This document shows positions 53,495-64,000 of a stretch of DNA of 64,000 nucleotides, piece after piece (positions within the stretch are counted from its first letter, which is position 1; every line of letters begins with the position of its first letter). Under the pieces are notes generated by a model. It was given only the letters and a program-made list of their open reading frames with translations, made no database searches and had not been told where the DNA came from. The stretch is taken from the NCBI GenBank assembly GCA_964016885.1, contig OZ024741.1, forward strand, positions 162,006,001 through 162,070,000, in the 5' to 3' direction. The position numbers and the translations under genes are program-made. This DNA is from Eledone cirrhosa. Lineage: Eukaryota.

Positions 53495-54258
53495 TAAAAG
53501 GAGGTAGGTGTAAAATCCAAACTCGCTATCTTTAATTCGGTATTTGTGCCAACCCTTATCTTTGGTCATGAATTTTGGGTAATAACCGAAAGAATACGAT
53601 CAAATAGCCTCTTTGGATTAACATTACTCGATAGCGTGCGTAGTCGATCAGAGAATCACTCCAGGCAGAGCCGCTACTTGTCCGAATTGAGTCTTGCATG
53701 GCTGGAATGAAAAATCAGTGCTGTGAAAACTATGACACTCGTTCTCTCAAGGAAGATTGCTCGGTGCACTCTACATGTAAATGTAGAATGCAACAAGAAT
53801 TGCAGGAGCTGATGCAGTAATGAATTGTGTGTAATAATCGAGAATACTATCGGTCGAAATGCGGTTCCTTCGAAGGGTCTTTGCAGTAATGTTACTCGAC
53901 AGTGTGCGCAGCTCGCAGATCAGTGTGTCACTCCAGGTAGAGTCGCTAATTCTCCGAATTGAGAGATCACGGCTCCGGTACTATGGGCATGGGGTTATAA
54001 TGACTCCGGAAAGAATCGCAGGACAGATTTTACGGGCAAAAACAATCAACAAGAGACCCAGGGATAGACCCCGAACAAGATGGTTGGATAACATCCATGA
54101 ACCTGGTTGGTCTCGCTTGGGGATCCAGCCGGATCAGTTGGAAACGATTGCTTCTGACAGGACCCGCTGGAAGGAGTGTTTAATGACTCTGTCCCCATGA
54201 CCTTCTCAAGAAGAAGAAGAAGAAGAAGAAGAAGAAGAAGAAGAAGAAGAAGAAGAAG
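53495..54258 (+). mobile_element. Rex3/Expander-like RTE 3' fragments (rearranged) with a (GAA)n tail
   Basis: EMRFLRRV..RIERSRLRYYGH..RPRDRPRTRWLD. Confidence 0.88.
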
Positions 54259-54279
54259 GTTCCGTTTATCAAACAATTG

Positions 54280-55350
54280 TAATATTCGTCATCGGAATCG
54301 GCGGAGGCCCAACAACATATTGTTTTAAAAAAATGGTTATCCGACCATCCTTCACCTAATAGCAGATCAAAAAGTTGAAGTTTTTAAGTGCATAACACTC
54401 CCTGAAACATAAGTAATACACATGTAAAGTTTGAAAAAAATCGGTTGGGTACTTCTCGAGTTTTAGGGATTCAAACTCACAGACACACACACACAGACAT
54501 CCTCAGAGAAGTGACGTAATGCAGACAGTCAGACATACAGACAGATATTATAAGGGCGCGACGTTATATGTATGTATCTATCTAAAAAGAGAAAGACTAA
54601 GAATTATAGAGAGAGATCGCTAAATCGCCTAATGCGGTCCTTAGGGCATTAAAACTTTGAAATATATTTTGCTCAGAACAGTCCCTGAAACATAAGTATT
54701 ACATGTGTAAAGTTTGAAAATAGTCGGTTGGGTGGGGTTCTCGAGTTTTAGGGATTCAAACTCACACACAGACAGACATCCTCAGTTTTATATATATAGA
54801 CTAGCAGAAAACCACCCAGTGGGCGGTTTTCTGCTAGCAAATCTAGTGTATATACTGATATTGTTGAGATTTGGATGAGAAATGTTTTCGGCACCACATT
54901 TTCACCGTCTCTCGGTGTGTCTTTTATGCATGTATAAATATATATGTTATCTATACGGTGAAATCTTTGAAATAAATATATGTTAAAACGAAAAAGGAGA
55001 AAAAGAGATTAGTGACGGAAATATAAACGTTATGATACATAAACGTTATGATATAACGATGGAAATATATCTTCAAATGGTCCTTGGCATGGTGTCAAGT
55101 CAGAACCGCCTCGAACTGGTTACTTCTGGCTTGTGCAAGGTGTCTCTATAGCAACCAGCGATTCCCTCGGCCTCAGTGACCAAAGTCAGTGGAGAGGGGA
55201 AGGTAATGTTTCAGTAGCGACAGTGTTTCTCTTGGTAGTACCAAAGTGGAGAAATGAAGGGGAAGGTAATATTTCTGTAGCACCTACATTTGAGTTTTAG
55301 GGAAGGACAGACAGACAGACAGACAGACAAACAGAGAAATGCCCATATAT
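54280..55350 (-). mobile_element. Tandem non-autonomous Helitrons
   Basis: Duplicated block ccctgaaacataagta...cagacatcctcag (about 54400 and 54683); head-to-tail junction tatataga|ctag at 54800/54801. Confidence 0.6.
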
Positions 55351-55921
55351 TTCTGTGTGTATATATATATATATATATGAAAATATGGGTGAGAAGAATA
55401 CTGCTGGTTGCACATGGATAACATGTTATAAAATGAGTCCCTCATCAGTGATTTACCAAACGATCATGGGTATTTCATCGCATTAAAAATCATATACCTC
55501 ACGTTGGAGCGATAATAACTAAAATAAGTTATTAGGACAATAGAAACGCGTAAAGCGAGTGAGACAAGTAAACGACACAGGGGGAAGCTAACCGAAGATG
55601 GAAATAAACACAAGCAACATAGTTATTCTTTCAGCATAAGCTGTGTGAATATATGCGCGAGTCAGGAACATACCTTTCGCTAGTGAATCCGGTGTTAGAA
55701 AGAAGGAGAACCGTTTTCCCAGCGAACGGGAGGAAGAAAGAAGGGGAGAAACAGGGACTGAGTGAGTGGGAGTGCGAGGAAGAGGTCAGTAGAGAGAAAG
55801 AGTTAACTGACATGGCAGAGGGGACGAAAGAAAGTAAGAGAAACAGAGAGAACGAGGGAGCAGTAAGAGAGAAAGAGAGAAACACAGAATTGCAGTTTGG
55901 GTAAATATATGAAATATGGTT

Positions 55922-56212
55922 ATATATATATATTACACACACAGAAATGTATATATATTTCTGTGTGTATATATATATATATTACACACACAGAAATGTA
56001 TATATATTTCTGTGTGTATATATATATATTACACGCACAGAAATGTATATATATTTCTGTGTGTGTATATATATATATATTACACACACAGAAATGTATA
56101 TATATTTCTGTGTGTGTATATATATATATATATTACACACACAGAAATGTATATATATTTCTGTGTGTGTATATATATATATATTACACACACAGAAATG
56201 TATATATATTTC
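55922..56212. repeat. Minisatellite of about 50-bp self-complementary units (6 copies)
   Basis: Unit attacacacacagaaat gtatatat atttctgtgtgt(at)n; further copies at 56861-57025. Confidence 0.9.
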
Positions 56213-56339
56213 TTAGAACAAAATTATTATTAATGTTTTGCTGTTCATAACAATTGGAATTGAAAAATTACTTTTGAAATTATTAGTTATTTTACTAATG
56301 CTTAGATATGTAAAAATGAAGCAATGTTTCTAATAATTG

Positions 56340-56525
56340 TTTCTACGTTTGGCACAAGGCCAGCAATTACCCAGTACATTACTGGTACTTTATTTTATCG
56401 ACCCCGTGAGGATGAAAGGCAAAGTTAACCTCGGCGGTATTTGAACTCAGACCGTAAAGGGACGTAACTCCATGCTATGAAGCATGGTGTCCGACTCTCT
56501 ACAGATTCTGCCAATCCACCGCCCT
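56340..56525 (-). mobile_element. Nin/Deu-domain SINE
   Basis: Reverse complement of the 46.0 kb family, including the head ggcggtggattggcagaatc. Confidence 0.75.
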
Positions 56526-57202
56526 AATGTCTGTACGTAATGAGGGAGTGAGAGGGGAGAGAAAGAAAGGCAGAGGTGAAGTGACGAAGTGACTCTCTCC
56601 TCCTCCTCCTCCTCCTCCATCTCCCTATTCGTCACAGCGATAGAGGGGAGGAATGTTAGTGTGTTACAAAGAGAAAGAGTGAGAGTGAGAGAAACAGACA
56701 GACTAAAAGAGAGGGATAGCTGGAGAGAGAGAGAGAGATAGCAACCACGCGCGCGCGTGTTTCCACTGTCGGACAGACAGACAGAGAAATTGCTGGTTAT
56801 ATATTATAAGGAGACTAGCAGAAAACCGCCCCCGGGTGGTTTTCTGCTAGTATATATATATATTACACACACAGAAATGTATATATATTTCTGTGTGTAT
56901 ATATATATATATTACACACACTGAAATCTATATATATTTCTGTGTGTATATATATATATATATTTCTGTGTGTGTATATATATATATATATATTACACAC
57001 ACACAGAAATGTATATATGTTTCTGTAGCACTCCTCAATTCCCCCTCTCTCCCTCCCGCTATCCCCCTCTCGTAGTCTGTCTCTTTCTTTCACTCTCACT
57101 CTCTCTCTACGCGTGCGCAAAAAACATTCGCACGCGCGCACGTGTTTCCACTGTCGGACAGACAGACAGAGAAATTGCTGGTTATATATTATAAGGAGAT
57201 AA

Positions 57203-58311
57203 CACTGGTCAACAAAATTTTGCTTTTTTTCTGCTTACCTAAGTTTGAGACCTTTCTTGAGTAATTTGGGGCCGCTCAGTTTTAAAAATGACAATACTTT
57301 TTTTTTATCACGTGACAGGACTGTTTAAAGTGATGGGTGCTCTACAGTATGATCCTCATGAATGGAGACTCTTTATAGATAGCACTGGTCAACGCACGTT
57401 TTGCTGACTTGGGTTTTGTTGTTGTTGTGCGGATTTCAAATATAGCATACATTTTTTCTTAACACATCAGGTTTTCATTTTAGAGCACAACCCTATTTCA
57501 TTATGCACTGTATGAATAACACTGGTCAACAAAATTTTGGTTTGTTTTCTACTGACCTAAGTTTGAGACATGTTCTTGAGTAATTTAGGACCGCTGAGTT
57601 TTAAAATGACAATACTCTTTTTTCTATCGCGTCAAGTTATTTGTCTATGGGCTGGTCCATATTGGGCCCACTCATAGCTACAAGAGATATCATACGTAAT
57701 AATTTATGTTGATATTTTATTTTATCCAATGTATTTAGGTATCTTTTTATCTGTCTAGAAACACCTAGATATATATAAATATATTATATCTAATAAATAT
57801 TTTCCATCTTTTCAGATTGATTTCAAGAAATAACGCAGGTGTTCAGTAGTATGGCTTCATTACAAAGTAAATGTTTGCATTCCCCTGACTCTTTTTGCTA
57901 TATATGCGGTAGTTTTACCGTACCAAGTCCATGAATGAACATTAGTGAATTTATGATAAGAGCATACTTGTTTTACTTTAAGCTTAAAATTGGTGATCAG
58001 GATAAATCATGGGCCCTGTACAATGTATGTAAACCATATGTCGAAAGTCTACGCCAATGGACAAAAGGAAACAAGGAAACAACTAGCATTTAGAATTACT
58101 GTGGTATGGCGGGAGACAAATACTTCTGGTTATAGCAAGAAAACACGCAGAAATAAGTTATGCAAATCTGGATTCAGCAATTCGTCCCGTGCTTCACAAA
58201 GATCAAAACCTGATGTGTTAGGAAAAAATGGATACCATACTTGAAATCAGGACCTCAAAATAGCTATACACAACAACAAAACCTAAGTCAGCAAAAAGTG
58301 TGTTGACCAGC
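57203..58311 (+). mobile_element. Chapaev3 (CMC) DNA transposon fragments, nested and internally deleted
   Basis: CACTGGTCAAC termini at 57203, 57383 and 57520 (two preceded by TAA) and gttgaccag at 58302. From 57851 the sequence reads CLHSPDSFCYICG*...YFKLKIGDQDKSWA..VC; YDPHEWRLFIDS at about 57347-57382. Confidence 0.85.
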
Positions 58312-59231
58312 TAATTCTGATAAAAAGGATAAGTTCTTACGCCAATTTTAAGATCTAGGCCTGAGGACTCCCTTTTCCATTTTCCTTCAAATTGTTTCAA
58401 TTAGGGGACCATTTATTACATTATGTTCTTGGGGGGGGGGGGGGTCGATTCTCTGCTCACCCCCACCCATCCAATCACTTTCTTATCTTTTCTTTCTTTT
58501 CCTTTCCCTTTCTCTGGAAGAAATCGGCTGTGTTCAAACCCGGAGAAGGATAGACTGATGTCAATGCCCAAGACTGCGTTCCTACGACTCCTCGAGGAGT
58601 TCAAGACCTATGGGTGGATGGATAGATAACTTGTACAATAACAAAGCAATATTAGGGTATTTTAAAACAATACTTTGGGCATTATAATATTGGATAATTT
58701 TGTAGTTCTTTCTCTTTGTTCAACAATGTATATCTGTATATATACATAAGGTGGCCAATTGACAGTCATTAGACCGTCACAGAATACTTTGCAGTATTTA
58801 TTCTGACTCTCTGCGCCCTGAGTTCGAATCCCACTGAGATCAAATTAACGAATTATCCTTTTGTAGGTCGATAAAGAAAGTATCAGTGAAGTACTGAGAC
58901 TGTTTCTCTCTGTTTCTCACTTTCTATGTTTCTTTCTCTAGAAGAAATCGACTGTGTTCACACTGGCACAGGGATGGGATCATGGATGTGTGCATGTGAT
59001 TGTGTGTGTGCGCTCGCATATCTGTGTGTATGTACGTCTGTGTGTGCGTGCGTGTGTGTGTGTGTGTGTGTGTATGTGAGCGAGTGTGTGTGAATCTGTG
59101 TGTGTGTGTGTTTGTTTACCATTTGTATTATCGGTCTATTTCTTGACCTTTAAAATAATTAAATAAGTATTATGAATAAGGTCAAGAAATAGACAAACCA
59201 ACAGATAAGTAATCTGTGTGGTTATATGTAC

Positions 59232-59273
<42 letters not shown>

Positions 59274-59565
59274 ATGTATAGTTATGTATGTATGTATGTA
59301 TGTATGTATGTATGTATGTATGTATGTATGTATGTATGTATGTATGGGCCCAGCACTATGTGTCAATAATTGTCACAAGTGTAGTGTTTGTACCAGAGTT
59401 TTCAAGTCGCTGGCTGGACTAAAAAGTCACACTCGTTCAGCGCATCGGTAGGGCTTCTCCTACATGGATATAAAGTAGTGGCCGTACTCGAAAACAAGTT
59501 GGCAGCCACCATGTATGTATGTATGTATGTATGTATGTATGTATGTATGTATGTATGTATGTATG

Positions 59566-60687
59566 TTATCTCTTTCTCTTAATTTCGAGTATATTTTTTT
59601 GACCGGCCACCTTCCTGGTGGCAAGGTTGTAAAAGAAAAGAAATTGTCATCCCTTGAATGGCAAGAATGTTTTGCAAATTTTGAAGGTGCCAGCTATCGC
59701 AGCCATTTGTAGACTATGAATTAGGGAGCTGCGCTTTTTGTCCGCAAATCCAAGTTCAGTCATACTTTGGTTGGTATATAACCCGTAGCACCAATAATGA
59801 TGGGTATGAAGCTAAAGGTGTATCTTGGATACTGGATTTGTAAACTCCTCATCAATGGTCCGTAGATGTCCTCCTTCTCCTGTATTTTTCTGACAACATT
59901 TACATCAAGTGGGCAGCTGATCTCCACAACAGAACACGTTTTCAATGTGTGGTCCCAAACTACAATATCAGGCCGGTTGTGCTTTAATTTGGTGGCAGTT
60001 TTTATTTTCAGGTTCCACCAGTATTCCTTAGTGCCATCTGTCTCAATATATTCTTCCTCGTTTGTTGTTAATTTTGTTTTCCGAAGTGCGTTCCAGATGG
60101 TTCTAGCTATCCCATCGTGTCTCATGGGGAGGTAGTAGCGAGATGACATTCTTTCGCAGCTGGCAACAATGTGGCTTACATCCTCGATCTTTGTTTTACA
60201 TAGCCTACATTTATTGTCAGCTGCTGGCCCTCCTCTTTTGTGCAGCAGATATTTGGTAGGGAGTTCTTGTTCCTGTATTGCATAGAGATATCCCTCAAGG
60301 TGTGATGTCATAAACTTGTCGGAACTCCATGCCAGGCTTTTTGAGTGGTTTATCCCCTCTATGGTCTGTGTTTTACGCCTCAAGTATCCATGCACAACTT
60401 TATCTGTAAATTGGTCAATTTTTTTATCTTGTTTGAACATTGTATAGGATCTTCCGATTTCTCTGGGTGAGAGATTTATATCAGGCTTTATTCCATATCT
60501 CTCCTCCAGATCAGTCGCTATTCTAATGATATTTCTTTTTTCATGGTCATAAACCTGGGCAAGATGGTTGCCAACCTTTTTCCTCTGTTGAAGGTGTTGC
60601 TTCAGTGTCACTATCCGGGTCTCATATGTTGTTAATATTGATTTTAGACCCCGGCCACCTTCCTTGCGTGAGAAGTATAGCCTATCC
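59566..60687 (-). mobile_element. R4/Dong-clade non-LTR retrotransposon, 5'-truncated copy 1
   Basis: RLYFSRKEGGRGL, AIQEQ, CCHC knuckle CRLC..H..C, RHD, and RLE nuclease RPDIVVWD..VEISCP..K..Y; flanked by (TATG)n. Confidence 0.9.
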
Positions 60688-60718
<31 letters not shown>

Positions 60719-61436
60719 TGTATGTATGTATGTATGTATGTATGTATGTATGTATGTATGTATGTATGGGCCCAGCACTATGTGTCAATAATTGTCACAA
60801 GTGTAGTCTTTGTACCAGAGTTTTCAAGTCGCTGGCTGGACTGAAAAGTCACACTCGTTCAGCGCATCGGTATGGGTTCTCCTACATGGATATAAAGTAG
60901 TGGCCGTACTCGAAAACGAGTTGGCAGCCACCATGTATGTATGTATGTATATATGTATGTATGTATGGGAAGGGAGCTCTTAAGAGTCAATAGCCATCCA
61001 AAATCACCGGGAGAGATGACCCCTTAGCCTTTGTCAAGGCAGAATTCTAGGAGAAGGAAAACTCTGATATAACACCTGCAACCCTGATGGTATCCAATGA
61101 TGTTGACTTGTTCTTCTTTTTGGTAAATATCATCTTGGTTAAGAGAGTGGGACTGGCTTTGTGCAGCGCCTTTGCTCACTATAAAAGCTTCACAGCACAG
61201 GCATTGCTTTATATCTGGAGATCTCTCTGCACTTGTCATCACATGGTACCATGGGCCCTGCACTATGTGTCAATAATGGTCACAAGTGTAGCCTTTGTAC
61301 CAGAGTTTTCAAGTCGCTGGCTGGACTAAAAAGTCACATTCGTTCAGCGCATCGGTAGGGGTTGTCCTACATGGATATAAAGTAGTGGCCGTACTCGAAA
61401 ACGAGTTGGCAGCCACTATGTATGTATGTATGTATG

Positions 61437-62218
61437 TTATCTCTTTCTCTTAATTTCGAGTATATTTTTTTGACCGGCCACCTTCCTGGTGGCAAGGTTG
61501 TAAAAGAAAAGAAATTGTCATCCCTTGAATCGCAAGAATGTTTTGCAAATTTTGAAGGTGCCAGCTATCGCAGCCATTTGTAGACTATGAATTAGGGAGC
61601 TGGGCTCTTTGTCCACAAATCCAAGTTCAGTCATACTTTGGTCCAAGCGGGTTGGTATATAACCCGTAGCTCCAATAATTATGGGTATGAAGCTAAAGGT
61701 GTATCTTGGATACTGGATTTGTAAACTCCTCATCAATGGTCCGTAGATGTCCTCCTTCTCCTGTATTTTTCTGACAACGTTTACATCAAGTGGGCAGCTG
61801 ATCTCCACAACAGAACACGTTTTCAATGTGTGGTCCCAAACTACAATATCAGGCCGGTTGTGCTTTAATTTGGTGGCAGTTTTTATTTTCAGGTTCCACC
61901 AGTATTCCTTAGTGCCATCTGTCTCAATATATTCTTCCTCGTTTGTTGTTAATTTTGTTTTCCGAAGTGCGTTCCAGATGGCTCTAGCTATCCCATCGTG
62001 TCTCATGGGGAGGTAGTAGCGAGATGACATTCTTTCGCAGCTGGCAACAATGTGGCTTACATCCTCGATCTTTGTTTTACATAGCCTACATTTATTGTCA
62101 GCTGATGGCCCTCCCCTTTTGTGCAGCAGATATTTGGTTATATGTTCCTGTATTACATAGAGATATCCCTCAAGGTGTGATGTCATAAACTTGTCGGAAC
62201 TCCATGCCAGGCTTTTTG

Positions 62219-62219
<1 letters not shown>
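61437..62219 (-). mobile_element. R4/Dong-clade non-LTR retrotransposon, 5'-truncated copy 2
   Basis: Same family, ORF runs to its natural stop at 61518, different 5' truncation, flanked by (TATG)n. Confidence 0.9.
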
Positions 62220-62249
<30 letters not shown>

Positions 62250-62847
62250 TGTATGTATGTATGTATGTATGTATGTATGTATGTATGTAGGTTTCTTGGT
62301 GAGGAGGGTGACTTTGGACATCCTGCAGGACTAAAAACAAAACCTGTCAAAGGGCAAAGGAGCTCTTAAGAGTCAATGGCCATCCAAAATCACCGGGAGA
62401 GATGACCCATTAGCCTTTGTCAAGGCAGAATTCTAGGAGAAGGAAAAATCTTATATAACACCTGCAACCCTGATGGTATCCAATGATGTTGACTTGTTCT
62501 TCTTTTTGGTAAATATCATTGGTTAAGAGAGTGGGACTGGCTTTGTGCAGTGCCTTTGCTCACTATAAAAGCTTCACGGCACAGGCATTGCTTTATATCT
62601 GGAGATCTCTCTGCACTTGTCATCACAAGGTACCATGGGCCCAGCACTATGTGTCAATAATTGTCACAAGTTTGTACCAGAGTTTTCAAGTCGCTGGCTG
62701 GACTAAAAAGTTACACTTGTTCAACGCATCAGTAGGGGTTCTCCTACATGGATATAAAGTAGTGGCCGTACTCGAAAACGAGTTGGCAGCCACCATGTAT
62801 ATATATAAATGTATGTATATATGTATGTATGTGTGTATGTTTATGTC

Positions 62848-62961
62848 AGGTCACCAGTTGGTGCTACTGGTAACATGTATCCCAGTACAACCTGTCCCAT
62901 GGTCGGGTCGTTGGCGACTAAACTGGCAACCCTACCAAGGTTTCTTGGTGAGGAGGGTGAC
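62848..62961 (+). ncRNA. Twister-like ribozyme fold at the 5' end of the full-length SINE
   Basis: P2 gtca/tgag; L2 CC; P3 gttg..tactgg/ccagta caac; L4 GTCCCATGG; 3' GAGGG. The cleavage-site strand and P1 are non-canonical. Confidence 0.5.
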
Positions 62962-63613
62962 TTTGGACATCCTGCAGGACTAAAAACAAAACCTGTCAAA
63001 GGGCAAAGGAGCTCTTAAGAGTCAATGGCCATCCAAAATCACCGGGAGTGATGACCCATTAGCCTTTGTCGAGGCAGAATTCTAGGAGAAGGAAAACTCT
63101 GATATAACACCTGCAACCCTGATGGTATCCAATGATGTTGACTTGTTCTTCTTTTTGGTAAATATCATCTTGGTTAAGAGAGTGGGACTGGCTTTGTGCA
63201 GTGCCTTTGCTCACTATAAAAGCTTCACGGCACAGGCATTGCTTTATATCTGGAGATCTCTCTGCACTTGTCGTCATATGGTACCATGGGCCCAGCACTA
63301 TGTGTCAATAATTGTCACAAGTGTAGTGTTCGTACCAGAGTTTTCAAGTCGCTGGCTGGACTAAAAAGTCACACTCGTTCAGCGCATCGGTAGGGGTTCT
63401 CCTACATGGATATAAAGTAGTGGCCGTACTCGAAAACGAGTTGGCAGCCACCATGTGTGTATGTATGTGTGTATGCATGCAGTCTATCGATCTATTTATC
63501 TATCTATCTAATGGAAAAACTAATGGAAACATTGTTTCCTTGGATCGATTTGACGAGGTTCACCCCACCCGGCAAGCGAATGAGGTCTGGGATCTTGTCA
63601 ATCGATCAGAACG

Positions 63614-63700
<87 letters not shown>

Positions 63701-63717
63701 CTACGTATTCCTCTACG

Positions 63718-64000
63718 TATTCCTCACCGGACAACCGGTGTGGGCCCCGTTCGTGAGGCGAGCCTTCCCACGACTCGTCTCGCTGACCGAGCTGCAGTCC
63801 TGGGTCAAGCAGAGACCGAGGAAAATGGGCGACTGGCACATCGAATGTGCTTAGGCGTTCACAGCCCTCTGGCAGGCGGACCCGGCGATCAGTGGAGACT
63901 CCACTTCGTCATTCTATAGAGGGTTGGTCCGCAGCAAGTGCGACGATGCGCTCGGTGAAACTCTAGGCGTAGAGGAAGATGAACTAGCCAGTCTGTTCGG
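63718..64000 (+). mobile_element. L1/Tx1-like LINE ORF2 fragment (post-RT), running off the window
   Basis: Abrupt GC-rich segment after (TCTA)n, reading PVWAPFVRRAFP...WHIECA*...FYRGLVRSKCDDALGETLG; the family assignment is from memory of similar elements. Confidence 0.5.

Larger units (their letters stand above)
59346..63452 (+). mobile_element. Array of five copies of a bipartite RTE-derived SINE with (ATGT)n tails
   Basis: Copies at 59346-59510, 60768-60932, 60967-61417, 62289-62794 and 62845-63452. RTE-like 5' UTR (ctaggagaaggaaaactctga) is fused to a C2H2-encoding 3' end (CSVCTRVFKSLAGLKSHTRSAHR*). Confidence 0.8.

Noticed and set aside
59760-60788. 342-aa ORF as a host gene with an HTYI-repeat N-terminus
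   Set aside because: Chimera of the translated (CATA)n microsatellite and a truncated R4 ORF.

Overview
AT-rich, repeat-dense eukaryotic DNA. The SINE/RTE repertoire and microsatellite load look like an Octopus (coleoid cephalopod) genome; this is inferred from repeat families. There is one host gene, a TMEM198 orthologue on the + strand, with four coding exons (6024-6228, 16900-17463, 28899-29029, 39023-39142; 339 aa) and roughly 10-11 kb introns. The rest is transposon-derived: several RTE-clade LINE relics, Nin/Deu- and Meta-type SINEs, piggyBac-type MITEs, two decayed mariners, non-autonomous Helitrons, a solo LTR, Chapaev3 fragments, and CRE, R4/Dong and Tx1 fragments. The most notable signal is self-cleaving RNA. 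Two clusters (22.3-24.5 kb and 48.3-52.3 kb) of (TA)n-flanked palindromes and inverted repeats look like Penelope-like pseudo-LTRs. They carry type I hammerhead ribozymes, four with intact catalytic cores. One is a 542-bp retrozyme-like repeat whose 5' junction falls at the predicted cleavage site; another is a 204-bp palindrome encoding a hammerhead on each strand. At 59.3-63.5 kb, a bipartite RTE-derived SINE with a twister-like 5' fold forms a head-to-tail array in its own (ATGT)n tails, and an R4/Dong element has inserted twice into those tails. All folds were paired by eye; nothing was computed or searched.
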